Assembly (NCBI RefSeq): GCF_900232105.1
Contig: NZ_LT934425.1
Coordinates: 120,001-152,000, forward strand
DNA from: Candidatus Kuenenia stuttgartensis
GTDB taxonomy: Bacteria; Planctomycetota; Brocadiia; Brocadiales; Brocadiaceae
Direction of reading: 5' to 3'
DNA: 32,000 bases
The notes under the pieces are model-generated. The model was not told the origin of the DNA. It saw only the letters and a list, made by a program, of their open reading frames with translations, and searched no databases. Numbering within the stretch: the stretch's first letter is position 1; each line of letters begins with the position of its first letter. The position numbers and the translations under genes were made by a program. Below, in pieces: positions 17,437 through 25,715 of the stretch.

Positions 17437-18429
17437 ATGAGTTACTGGGGATTCCCAAGATATGTTTCCGTTGGGGAAAAACAGCAGAGAGCAAAAAGGA
17501 AGTTAGAGCAGTTGATGAAGAAAAACAAAGATATAAAGCCCGTGATACTGGCGGGTAATACCCTTGCAAAAACGTGGTGGGGAAAGGCATGGAACAAAAA
17601 TTTAGAAGGATACGCCGACTACAGCAACCGTATCGGAAGAGGAAGAAGCTACGTGCGCTGCGGCTCAGTACTTGACCTTCAGATACGCGAAGGCATGATA
17701 ACCTCACTTGTACAGGGGTCAGATTCAAGCCCCTATTCCATAAAAATAACAATAAATATGCTTGAAAGAAACATCTGGGAAGAGGTAAAGGATTTTTGCA
17801 AAGGCAAGCTTGATTCGATGCAGGAGCTTTTGATGGGAAAGTTCCCAAAAACATTAGACGAGCTTTTTACCGCTCATGGGAAAGGGCTGTTCCCATCTCC
17901 GAAAGAAATAAAATTTGACTGTAGCTGTCCCGACTGGGCAAGCATGTGCAAACACATTGCGGCTACCCTTTATGGGGTAGGGGCAAGGCTTGATGACGAC
18001 CCGAATTTATTCTTCCTGCTCCGAAAGATCGAAATTGACGATTTGATATCGGAAACGGTCAAAGATAAAACGGAAGAATTACTTACACGGGCAAAGAGAA
18101 AAAGTTCCCGAATCATTGAAGACCAGGATTTGTCATCCGTTTTTGGTATAGAGATGGACACCACACCTGATACAAAAGCAAAAACAAAGGCGAAAATTAA
18201 AGGTAAAGATGTTGCGCAAAAGAAGGCAAGCACCGCTACAAAAACAAGCAAGGTCAGCACAAAAAAACCCGCTAAAAAATCTATAAGCACAGGGAAAAAG
18301 AAGGCCGCCTTAAAATCTGCAAAGAAAACCTCAAAGGCAAATACAGTGAAAAAACCGGTACAAAAGGCCGTCAAAAAGACACCTGCCAAGAGCAAAAAAA
18401 CCACTAAAAAGACCATCAAAAAGAAATAA
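17437..18429 (+). CDS. SWIM zinc-finger protein with a lysine-rich histone-H1-like C-terminal tail
   Basis: SWIM motif FDCSCPDWASMCKHIAATLY (CxCxnCxH). The N-terminal region (...WWGKAWNKNLEGYADYSNRIGRGRSYVRCGSV...) is typical of SWIM proteins encoded beside bacterial SNF2 genes. By my count, 34 of the last 90 residues are Lys, set in A/T/S/P/V. Confidence 0.88.
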   Translation: MSYWGFPRYVSVGEKQQRAKRKLEQLMKKNKDIKPVILAGNTLAKTWWGKAWNKNLEGYADYSNRIGRGRSYVRCGSVLDLQIREGMITSLVQGSDSSPYSIKITINMLERNIWEEVKDFCKGKLDSMQELLMGKFPKTLDELFTAHGKGLFPSPKEIKFDCSCPDWASMCKHIAATLYGVGARLDDDPNLFFLLRKIEIDDLISETVKDKTEELLTRAKRKSSRIIEDQDLSSVFGIEMDTTPDTKAKTKAKIKGKDVAQKKASTATKTSKVSTKKPAKKSISTGKKKAALKSAKKTSKANTVKKPVQKAVKKTPAKSKKTTKKTIKKK

Positions 18430-18502
18430 CACTACAGCGATATTTTTCATTTCAGATGTTGCAGCAATTTTTTTGTACACTTCCTATGAAGATGAAAGAA
18501 AC

Positions 18503-18548
18503 AACCCTGACAGGGTTCCCGGCGGGTTCAGGTTTACAACCTGAACCC
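18503..18548. repeat. Two adjacent palindromic hairpins (AACCCTG-a-CAGGGTT at 18503..18517; GGGTTCAGG-tttacaa-CCTGAACCC at 18524..18548)
   Basis: Read directly. The second hairpin recurs at 18789..18811. Confidence 0.6.
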
Positions 18549-18788
18549 ATGAGTTTATGCAGATAATGAGGCCTGTACTGCGGTAAAATTCCAAAGCCCA
18601 AATCACTAAATCCCTGGCTCGAAAATAAGACTACAAAAAATAACTCAGGCACAGGTACCGCAATATGATATTGCTATAAAACCATTTTCATCGTTTCTGG
18701 GTGTTGGAAATGAAACATGATGACTGTTTGGAATTTATTTGTCATTTGTTCTGTTAATAGAAGGCGGGATTGAAAGTATAAAACGTTT

Positions 18789-18811
18789 GGTTCAGGTCAA
18801 AAACCTGAACC
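18789..18811. repeat. Second copy of the GGTTCAGG-N7-CCTGAACC palindromic element
   Basis: GGTTCAGGtcaaaaaCCTGAACC followed by CAcGA. Copy 1 is followed by CAtGA. The two copies have the same orientation and lie about 265 bp apart. Confidence 0.6.
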
Positions 18812-18934
18812 CACGAATGTAGTTTCCATTGCCATTACGTACCCAATCAGATACTTCACTATGTTCAGTACAAGGTTTGGGAACGAGTTGTGCTTCGGTA
18901 GTTTAATAGATTACGCTGAATAGTTGCTTCTGTT

Positions 18935-20170
18935 TTAAAGAACAGAATTTCCGGCCAGATATCCTGTGGAAAATGCTGCCTGAAGGTTAAATCCTCCTGT
19001 TGGGCCATCTACATCAAGCACCTCCCCGGCGAGGTATAATCCCTTTATTAACTTAGATTCCATTGTTCGCGATTCAACCTCATCCAGGTCAATTCCGCCG
19101 CCGGTTATAATAGCTTCTTCAACCGGCCTGTGGGACGATAGGGTAAGGGACAGACCTTTCAACTGGTCCAGTATCTTTTTTCTTTCTTTTGTCGTTATTT
19201 GGGAGGCCTTCTTCTTTTCGTCAATTCCGCATATATTCAGTAGTAAAGGAGAAAGTTTTTCAGGAACAAAATACGTAAGGCATGTTTTTATTGCCTTACC
19301 GCCGTTAGTATTGATTTTTTTTACCAGTTGCGTGGTTAGCTCGGCAGGCGACATATCTGGTTTGAAATCGATGCCTATTCGTACCGCGCCGTTTCCATGA
19401 TTTTCCATAATACGTTTGCTTATGGAGAGAATCGCCGGGCCGGATATCCCATAATGAGTAAAAAGCGCTTCACCAAAATGTTGCGCGATTTTTCTGCCCT
19501 GCCGGCAAGCGGTAATCTGTGCGTTTTTAATCGGAGTTCCCTGCGCTTGTTTCACCCATGCCTCCTCCGTCTCAAAGGCAATTATTGCGGGATATGTCTT
19601 GCAAATAGTATGGCCCAGTGAAGAGGCAAGTGTATAGCCATCCCCCGTGCTCCCGGTAGAAGGATAGCTCAGGCCGCCTGTTGCAATCAATACATTGCGC
19701 CCCGCTATAAATCCATCCTCTGTTTCCACACCAATCACTTGTTTATTTTTTTCTTTCACGCAGACTATGCGTGAATTTTTCTTAATGGTGATCCGATGTA
19801 TGCGAAGATACGATAGCAGTGCGTCCAGAACTGATTCTGCCTTTTGGCTTTTTGGATATACACGCCCTTTGCTTTCTTCAATAGTTTCGACACCATAAGA
19901 GTAAAGAAATGACCGTAGTTTTTCAGGAGAGAAGATGCCCAATGACGGGCGCATAAATGGCCCCGCCTTTTCATACGCATCAAAAAAAGCGGCAAATGAC
20001 GCCGTATTCGTCACATTACACCGTCCGGAAGCGCAGAGAAGAAGTTTTTTGCCCGGATGGGCATTCTTTTCGAGAAGGATTACGCTTTTCCCTCTTTCTC
20101 CCGCCCGCCCGGCGGCCGTCATCCCTGCAGGGCCTCCTCCAATTACGATAAAATCGTACACATCTGCCAT
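18935..20170 (-). CDS. HI0933/YhiN-family FAD-dependent oxidoreductase (BaiN-like flavoprotein)
   Basis: The N-terminal YDFIVIGGGPAGMTAAGRAGERGKSVILLEKN...GKKLLLCASGRCNVTN and the C-terminal ...ITGGGIDLDEVESRTMESKLIKGLYLAGEVLDVDGPTGGFNLQAAFSTGYLAG are the family hallmarks. Confidence 0.85.
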   Translation of the reverse strand: MADVYDFIVIGGGPAGMTAAGRAGERGKSVILLEKNAHPGKKLLLCASGRCNVTNTASFAAFFDAYEKAGPFMRPSLGIFSPEKLRSFLYSYGVETIEESKGRVYPKSQKAESVLDALLSYLRIHRITIKKNSRIVCVKEKNKQVIGVETEDGFIAGRNVLIATGGLSYPSTGSTGDGYTLASSLGHTICKTYPAIIAFETEEAWVKQAQGTPIKNAQITACRQGRKIAQHFGEALFTHYGISGPAILSISKRIMENHGNGAVRIGIDFKPDMSPAELTTQLVKKINTNGGKAIKTCLTYFVPEKLSPLLLNICGIDEKKKASQITTKERKKILDQLKGLSLTLSSHRPVEEAIITGGGIDLDEVESRTMESKLIKGLYLAGEVLDVDGPTGGFNLQAAFSTGYLAGNSVL

Positions 20171-20264
20171 ATCACAATTTCACACATATTTTTACAGAAA
20201 TTTATCGCGAAAAACCTCCTGTGCCAGAAACCTCATTCCCTTTCGTGTGCCAGCCAGGCCATTT

Positions 20265-20293
20265 CAAATTGATAATTATCAATTATCAATTTG
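20265..20293. promoter_or_regulatory. Inverted repeat CAAATTGATAAT-tatca-ATTATCAATTTG (12-bp perfect arms), 95 nt upstream of the flavoprotein gene start
   Basis: Read directly. It is AT-rich and operator-like, lying in the 428-bp gap between two minus-strand genes. Confidence 0.35.
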
Positions 20294-20598
20294 CCCCCCA
20301 CTACTTCTCTCTTTGCGTCTTTGTGTGAATATTTTCATTCCCATTTATGAACAATAGGATCATGGCTGTTTCATTATTCGATTGCAGATTAAGCTTAGCC
20401 GCTCTATGCGTTACTACTTTTTATTTGAAACGCACGATTAACATTTATAGAGCACATTGTGCTCTCTGAAAGAAATGCATTAACAATGCGGGAGGTGTGT
20501 TCAATAAAGAGGTATGAAGTGTATTCTTTCTGAAAAAAAACAAATTATTACAGGTGAGGGGGAAATGTGTATTTATCCTGATTTTGGAAATTGTTTAC

Positions 20599-21336
20599 TT
20601 ACGATGAAACCTCAAAGAAAAAGCCACCTCCGTTACGTGAACGTATCGTCATCTCTCCTACGCAATAAAAATATTTACCTGGTGGTAATTCGGCTACACG
20701 CAGCCCTACATTATCCCCAACCCTTGAATAAGTGTCATCCAGTTTATGCAAAACATACTTCATCGAAGGATAAAAAACAATACTTCCCACAGAACCGTTT
20801 TTATCAACACGGTAAAGTGACTTACCCATAACCAGCGGATTATCCGTTTGAAAATCAATAATCCTCAGGGTATTCCCGTTAATTTTTGTCGGTGTGCCTT
20901 TCACGTAAAACCTTTTTTCTTTACTGGTACTTTCTGAATCATACTTTGCTTCATTTATTTTTACATAATCATCTTTCCCTACAAAAAATAATCCTCCGCC
21001 AGGAGGCACCTTCCACAGGGTAATATCATCCAGGGCAATTTCATCAATTACTTCAACCATAAATGAATAACTCAGCGGGACAAATTCAGTTTTTTTTGCC
21101 ATTAATTGAATATTGCCGGGAGAATAAGTTACAGAAAAATTACCGGAAGTATCCGTTGTCGCCATATGTTTTGAGCCATTTGAAGTCACTTCAATATCAG
21201 CAAACGAAACCGGTTTCCCAAAACCATCAATAATCCTGCCACGCAACGTTCCTGAATCGAACGTATAGCCATAGCTTGTTACCGCCTTTAAAACAATGAA
21301 TACGCATACAATAAAAACAGGAAGCCTTCTTGACAT
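20599..21336 (-). CDS. Secreted hypothetical protein with an N-terminal carboxypeptidase-regulatory-like domain
   Basis: Signal peptide MSRRLPVFIVCVFIVLKAVTSYG from the ATG at 21336. LRGRIIDGFGKPVSFADIEVTSNGSKHMATTDTSGNFSVTY is CarboxypepD_reg-like. The rest has no family I recognise. Confidence 0.6.
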   Translation of the reverse strand: MSRRLPVFIVCVFIVLKAVTSYGYTFDSGTLRGRIIDGFGKPVSFADIEVTSNGSKHMATTDTSGNFSVTYSPGNIQLMAKKTEFVPLSYSFMVEVIDEIALDDITLWKVPPGGGLFFVGKDDYVKINEAKYDSESTSKEKRFYVKGTPTKINGNTLRIIDFQTDNPLVMGKSLYRVDKNGSVGSIVFYPSMKYVLHKLDDTYSRVGDNVGLRVAELPPGKYFYCVGEMTIRSRNGGGFFFEVSS

Positions 21337-21733
21337 AATCTGAAATCCTTTATGAATTAACAGCAAAATAGTACACAGATACAATGTAACTAATTTGTAA
21401 CACATCATAACAAGAATTGTCAAATATTTAAAAAATGGTCCAAGGTCATTCGCTATTCGTTCCTAATTTATTAATGTGGAATACGGTACAGCCGGCAGTT
21501 TACAGTCGGCAATCAGCAAATTTCGGATTGTAGACTGTTGAAGGTGGAAATTATTATAAAAAACCTCAACTTATTGAGAAGTTACCTATTTACCCTGTTT
21601 TTTATGTCCCATGTATTTTACAAAAAGCTAAATTGTTACAAAATAATTGATTTTTTTAAATTAAAAATTACAATGTAAAAAAATGATAACACTATAGTGT
21701 TTTATTGCGGAGATACCTTGGAAGAAGATATTT

Positions 21734-21762
21734 TTTACTTTATGTATTGTCACTGGTATAAT
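21734..21762 (+). promoter_or_regulatory. Candidate sigma-70 promoter of the EIIA(Ntr)-like gene: -35 TTTACT, 17-nt spacer, extended -10 TGgTATAAT
   Basis: Read directly. It is followed by SD GGGGAGG (21786..21792) and a GTG at 21798. Confidence 0.4.
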
Positions 21763-21797
21763 GCGTTAGAAATTATTTGGGTAAAGGGGAGGCAAAT

Positions 21798-22011
21798 GTG
21801 AAACTTTCTGATGTATTAGCTAAAGAACATATAATTATTAATCTATATGGAATGAACAAATTTGAAGTGTTAGAAAAAATGGTGAAAGTAACAAAATCTT
21901 CCGCAAAAGTTGTAGATGAAGTAGATTTGCTGGAAAAAGTAATCACACGGGAAAAGATTAAAAGTACTGGAATTGGCGGTGGGATTGGAATCCCTCATGC
22001 ACAAACACTAG
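21798..22011 (+). pseudogene. ptsN: PTS EIIA(Ntr)/PtsN-like gene, 5' half, interrupted by an IS element
   Basis: (V/M)KLSDVLAKEHIIINL...REKIKSTGIGGGIGIPHAQTL is the N-terminal half of a PTS_EIIA_2 domain, including the phospho-His motif GIxIPH. The reading frame runs into the IS terminal repeat and stops at 22016. Confidence 0.85.
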
Positions 22012-22034
22012 CGTGAGTTTATCACGAAATAAGG
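22012..22034. repeat. IS left terminal inverted repeat
   Basis: See the mobile-element entry; 22/23 match to 23993..24015 in inverted orientation. Confidence 0.85.
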
Positions 22035-22209
22035 TGTAAGACAAAGACATCAAGTTGCAATCCAATGATTTGTATCGGGTTGCGACTTTTTTTGTCTAAA
22101 AAATTATGTATACACTGAATAATACTATATTTATATTGCATTATATGCCTGTATATACTATTATACACGGAGTATTAATCTATTACGTATACACTAACAA
22201 CTAATAGCC

Positions 22210-23946
22210 ATGGCTACCATTCAATCTAAAAACTCCAGAGGTTATAAATATTGGTATATTGTCGAATCGCGGCGCGTTAACGGCAAGCCCAGGCCCATCG
22301 TCCTGGCCTATCTTGGCAAGGCAGACGATTTATTAAAACAACTGCAAGGTCTTACCGAAAAATTACGGCTCAAATCTTATTCACATGGCGCGGTAGCCGC
22401 ATTGCTAAGTGTGGCCAATGCCCTGGACGTCCCTTCCGTGATTAATAAATATATAAAGTCGCCACGGCAGTATTGTGCTAAAAAACCTGTTCGAAATAAT
22501 CTGACCGCCGGAAGTACCCTCTTGTTGGGTGCCGTGGGGAGAGTGTGTGTGCCTACCAGCAAAAGAGGATGGTGGGATTGGGCAAAGACGACTACTGCCG
22601 AATACTTACTCAGACACAGCTTGAGTAAAATAGACAGTCAGCATTTCTGGGATTTGATGGATGCACTTCCTGAAGAATCCATTGCAGAAATCGAGCGCGA
22701 ATTAATTGAAAAGACATTTAAAACATACAACCTTCAAAGCGACACACTGTTTTTTGATACAACCAATTTTTTCACGTATATCGACACAACTAATCTGCGA
22801 TGCACTATTGCCCGGCGGGGGAAAAACAAACAAAAGCGATACGATCTCAGGCAGGTCGGGTTGGCGATGGTCGTTACACGTAACGACATGATACCGTTGT
22901 TTCACCATACCTATCAGGGGAACATGGCGGATGCAAAGGTGTTCAGCGCGGTTCTTGAGACGATAAAAGACAGGATGACCGGATTAGGTTTCGACAGCAA
23001 AAAGCACACTATTGTTTTTGATCGTGGAAACAATTCCATGGACAATATGGCTATTGTAGAGAGATTGGCATTGCATTACGTTGGAGCGCTTACACCGTAT
23101 CATCACAAGCAGTTGGTAGGGGATGCCATGTGTAATTTCAGGGAATATGACGTTGACGGCAGTAAGATACAGGTGTACCATGACAAACGGGTTATTTGGG
23201 GGCAGGAAAGAACCGTTGTCGTATTTATTTCCGAGAAATTAAAGGTTGGGCAATTAAGGGGAATGTCTCAGTCTCTGGAAAAGGCAGAACATCAGTTAAA
23301 GCTCTTACAGCAGCATCTGTGTAATCCAAAGGGAAAGATGCGGGACAAAGAGGGTCTGGAGGATACGATAAGAAGTGTAGTGAAATGTCAATTTGCGAAG
23401 GATGTTATCGATTGGTCGTTAAAAGAGGTATCTGAAGGCAAGTTTCAATTGAATTTTTCAATCGACCAGAAAAAGCTCGAAGAAATAGAAGGGGAACTGG
23501 GGTTCAGGATTCTTATGACAGACCATCACGATTGGGATACCGCGGACATTATAAAAGCCTACTATGGGCAATCAAAAATTGAACATGCCTTTAGAAATCT
23601 CAAGAACCCCTATCACCTTGCTTTAAAACCGCAATTTCACTGGACGGATCAGAAAATCAGGGTGCATTTTTTTATTTGCGTCCTCGGATACCTAATGGCG
23701 GCGATTGTGTGGTATCAGGCAAAAGCGCACGCACAATTTAGTGGAACGTTAGATACCCTGTTAGACACCCTTAATAATATAAGGCTTTCTGCTATGCTTG
23801 AAGAAACAAAGGCCAGAGGGAGAGTTAAGGCTACCTACAAATTGGAAGAAATGTCCGACAAGGAATCTCTGTTGATGAATGCGTTAGGCATTATGGATTT
23901 CCACAAACATCGGCTGAAACTTCAAGGACTCAGTGTATACAATTGA
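22210..23946 (+). CDS. DDE transposase, IS1634-family-like
   Basis: 578 aa. The N-terminus SRGYKYWYIVESRRVNGKPRPIVLAYLGK is typical of IS1634-type transposases. DDE candidates are LFFDTTNF, IVFDRGNNS and YYGQSKIEHAFRNLKN (the Y-x-x-R/K-x-x-IE-x-x-F-x-x-lK motif). Confidence 0.88.
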   Translation: MATIQSKNSRGYKYWYIVESRRVNGKPRPIVLAYLGKADDLLKQLQGLTEKLRLKSYSHGAVAALLSVANALDVPSVINKYIKSPRQYCAKKPVRNNLTAGSTLLLGAVGRVCVPTSKRGWWDWAKTTTAEYLLRHSLSKIDSQHFWDLMDALPEESIAEIERELIEKTFKTYNLQSDTLFFDTTNFFTYIDTTNLRCTIARRGKNKQKRYDLRQVGLAMVVTRNDMIPLFHHTYQGNMADAKVFSAVLETIKDRMTGLGFDSKKHTIVFDRGNNSMDNMAIVERLALHYVGALTPYHHKQLVGDAMCNFREYDVDGSKIQVYHDKRVIWGQERTVVVFISEKLKVGQLRGMSQSLEKAEHQLKLLQQHLCNPKGKMRDKEGLEDTIRSVVKCQFAKDVIDWSLKEVSEGKFQLNFSIDQKKLEEIEGELGFRILMTDHHDWDTADIIKAYYGQSKIEHAFRNLKNPYHLALKPQFHWTDQKIRVHFFICVLGYLMAAIVWYQAKAHAQFSGTLDTLLDTLNNIRLSAMLEETKARGRVKATYKLEEMSDKESLLMNALGIMDFHKHRLKLQGLSVYN

Positions 23947-23992
23947 TGTTGTGCTTAACGCATTGACTGTATTTATGTTACGTTGCTTCATG

Positions 23993-24015
23993 CCTTATTT
24001 TGTGATAAACTCACG
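23993..24015. repeat. IS right terminal inverted repeat
   Basis: See the mobile-element entry. Confidence 0.85.
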
Positions 24016-24267
24016 CTAGGAGTTACTGATTTTATTGCGTGTTTGGGAATATCACAGGATGGCATCGATTTTAATGCCCTGGATGAAAAACCCGTACATT
24101 TGGTTTTCCTGATCGCAACAAAGGAAAGAACAAATAATATATATCTGGAGCTTCTCAGCAGTATAGCAAGGTTATTTGTCGATGAAACATTTAAACAAAA
24201 AATAATTAAATCAAAATCTCCGGATGAAATAATGCAGCTTATAAGTGAAAAAGAAGAAGAAAATTAA
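24016..24267 (+). pseudogene. ptsN: PTS EIIA(Ntr)/PtsN-like gene, 3' half
   Basis: LGVTDFIACLGISQDGIDFNALDEKPVHLVFLIATKERTNNIYLELLSSIARLF... is the C-terminal half of a PTS_EIIA_2 domain. It is in frame with the 5' half once the IS and one CTAG copy are removed. Confidence 0.85.
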
Positions 24268-24778
24268 TGAGATGAAGACTTAAAATATAGAATACCCGTA
24301 TCTTCTGTTAAATATATATTTGCCAAAAATTTTATTATTATAAAATTAGGTGAGGGGAAACCATTACAAAATACTTTATCATTACAGCGGCATTTTTTGC
24401 AAGGAATCCACCAATAATAAATAGAACCGCTAATAAACGTTAGTATGAGTTTTTTTGTTAGCGTCCATTTGCATTTATTCTCGTTTAAATAGAACTGTCT
24501 AACGGATTTTACCAACAACTTATCCCCACAACGCCATTTGCCAAATTTAACACTATATATTGTGTATCTATTTCCAAAATATAAAATCCCAATGAAACAT
24601 TCATGATATGGTGGCTCACAAAGGGGAATGAAAATATCCGTAACACTTTAGTATTTTAAAAAAATACTTGTTAAATCGTTGCAAACAAATAACTTGCGCT
24701 GTTTGAGGTGTGCCCTATTGTCAAGACAATATTTTGATAGAAATAAGTTAAAATTTATTTTATCCAAATGATATTAAA

Positions 24779-25171
24779 TGGATAAATCGCATATAAATCC
24801 ATCTGCCTCATGAGTCGTTTTACCCTATTACGATTTACTTCATACCCCTCCTTTCTTAACCATACCGTCATCCGCCTTACACCATAAAACGGACTCCTCG
24901 TGTACTACCCTTCAATATTATTCATCAACTCAAGGTTATGTGCGCTCTCTCCTATCAGCGTGTAATAAAAACCCGACCTTTGTAGCCCTAACAATTTACA
25001 TTGACGGGCTATGCCGATCTCTTTGTTCTCCAACTCTACCAAACGCCTCTTTGCCTCAACTGGTAAGTCCAGCTTTTTTTCAACTCAGTCTAACTCCACT
25101 TTCAATTGCCCTATTTGCTGATACAACGATGACCTTATTTCCTCCGCCTTGCATTCTTCCTTTCGGGAAAT
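24779..25171 (-). pseudogene. IS3-family transposase remnant (end of OrfA coiled coil plus the N-terminal HTH part of OrfB), truncated at both ends
   Basis: My minus-strand translation is ...EEIRSSLYQQIGQLKVELD*VEKKLDLPVEAKRRLVELENKEIGIARQCKLLGLQRSGFYYTLIGESAHNLELMNNIEG*YTRSPFYGVRRMTVWLRKEGYEVNRNRVKRLMRQMDLYAIY. This is the classic IS3 OrfB N-terminus, with in-frame TGA (25085..25087) and TAG (24905..24907). No rve catalytic domain follows. Confidence 0.8.
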
Positions 25172-25414
25172 TCACGACGAACTGTTTGTCGGATTTATAA
25201 TATATATTATTACGTATTGCCAGATAATACAGAACAATAGTACAATCAAATCTGATTTTAGAAGTTTGAATATAAAATGGCTTTCTGAAAAATAGATTTA
25301 TTTGACTAAGCATACTATCAAACTCTCCCTGAAGCCCCTCTTGATAGAGAGGCCTGATGGGTGTAAATTTTTCGAAAACTTTATTTGTTTGACTATAAAG
25401 GAGGGAAATAAGAT

Positions 25415-25612
25415 ATGGGAACCATCGATAATTTAAGAAACAGAAAGGGTTGGAATAAATTATTTGCGGGCCTGATTATGTTTATTATGTGGTATGTACT
25501 TTTCGGTAATCATAAATATGCCATTTATGGAAAAAAAGATGCTGAAACAAAGGAGACACCAACCGTAAACGAAGAATACAAAAAGCCTGAACTGGAAGTT
25601 GAGACGCCATAA
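25415..25612 (+). CDS. Small single-pass membrane protein, hypothetical
   Basis: 65 aa. Strong SD AAGGAGGG 8 nt upstream of the ATG. One hydrophobic helix (LFAGLIMFIMWYVLF) and an acidic/lysine-rich tail. Confidence 0.55.
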   Translation: MGTIDNLRNRKGWNKLFAGLIMFIMWYVLFGNHKYAIYGKKDAETKETPTVNEEYKKPELEVETP

Positions 25613-25715
25613 TTTTACAACGTATTCCGTTCACAATGCCCAGCATGGTTCTTTTTACATTTTTTTCCGTGGCCATGCCACTCTATCAATCACTCTTTAT
25701 CTATTACTAAAAAAC

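Larger units (their letters stand above)
22012..24015 (+). mobile_element. IS1634/IS4-superfamily insertion sequence, 2004 bp, flanked by a CTAG duplication
   Basis: The left end CGTGAGTTTATCACGAAATAAGG matches the reverse complement of the right end CGTGAGTTTATCACAAAATAAGG at 22/23 positions. CTAG is present at 22008..22011 and 24016..24019. There is a single long transposase ORF. Confidence 0.9.

Noticed and set aside
17970-18419. 149-aa minus-strand ORF rich in Phe/Val/Leu (and a similar 139-aa ORF at 17435..17854)
   Set aside because: These are antisense shadows of the SWIM gene. The Phe-rich translation simply mirrors the AAA/AAG lysine codons of the H1-like tail.
14758-18429. Calling the SNF2-SWIM pair an anti-phage defence system (by analogy with SNF2 components of DISARM or Zorya)
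   Set aside because: No nuclease, methyltransferase, or other DISARM or Zorya partner is adjacent. The SNF2-SWIM pairing is a widespread housekeeping-like arrangement. Defence remains untested speculation.
18452-18652. 66-aa minus-strand ORF in the convergent intergenic region
   Set aside because: It has no SD and an odd composition, and it spans the palindromic repeats. It is more likely non-coding.
20514-20831. 105-aa plus-strand ORF
   Set aside because: It overlaps, in antisense, the better-supported secreted-protein gene (20599..21336), and its low-complexity sequence is implausible.
24264-24518. 84-aa Cys/Trp-rich minus-strand ORF downstream of the split EIIA gene. Its frame stays open upstream to about 24630 but has no ATG.
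   Set aside because: It has a TTG-only start, no SD and no recognisable family, and it lies in a decayed AT-rich region. It may be a gene remnant, but I cannot support a call.
24940-25313. The 86-aa (+) and 77-aa (-) ORFs from the ORF track
   Set aside because: The real signal here is the IS3 transposase remnant in another minus-strand frame. These ORFs are by-products of that sequence.
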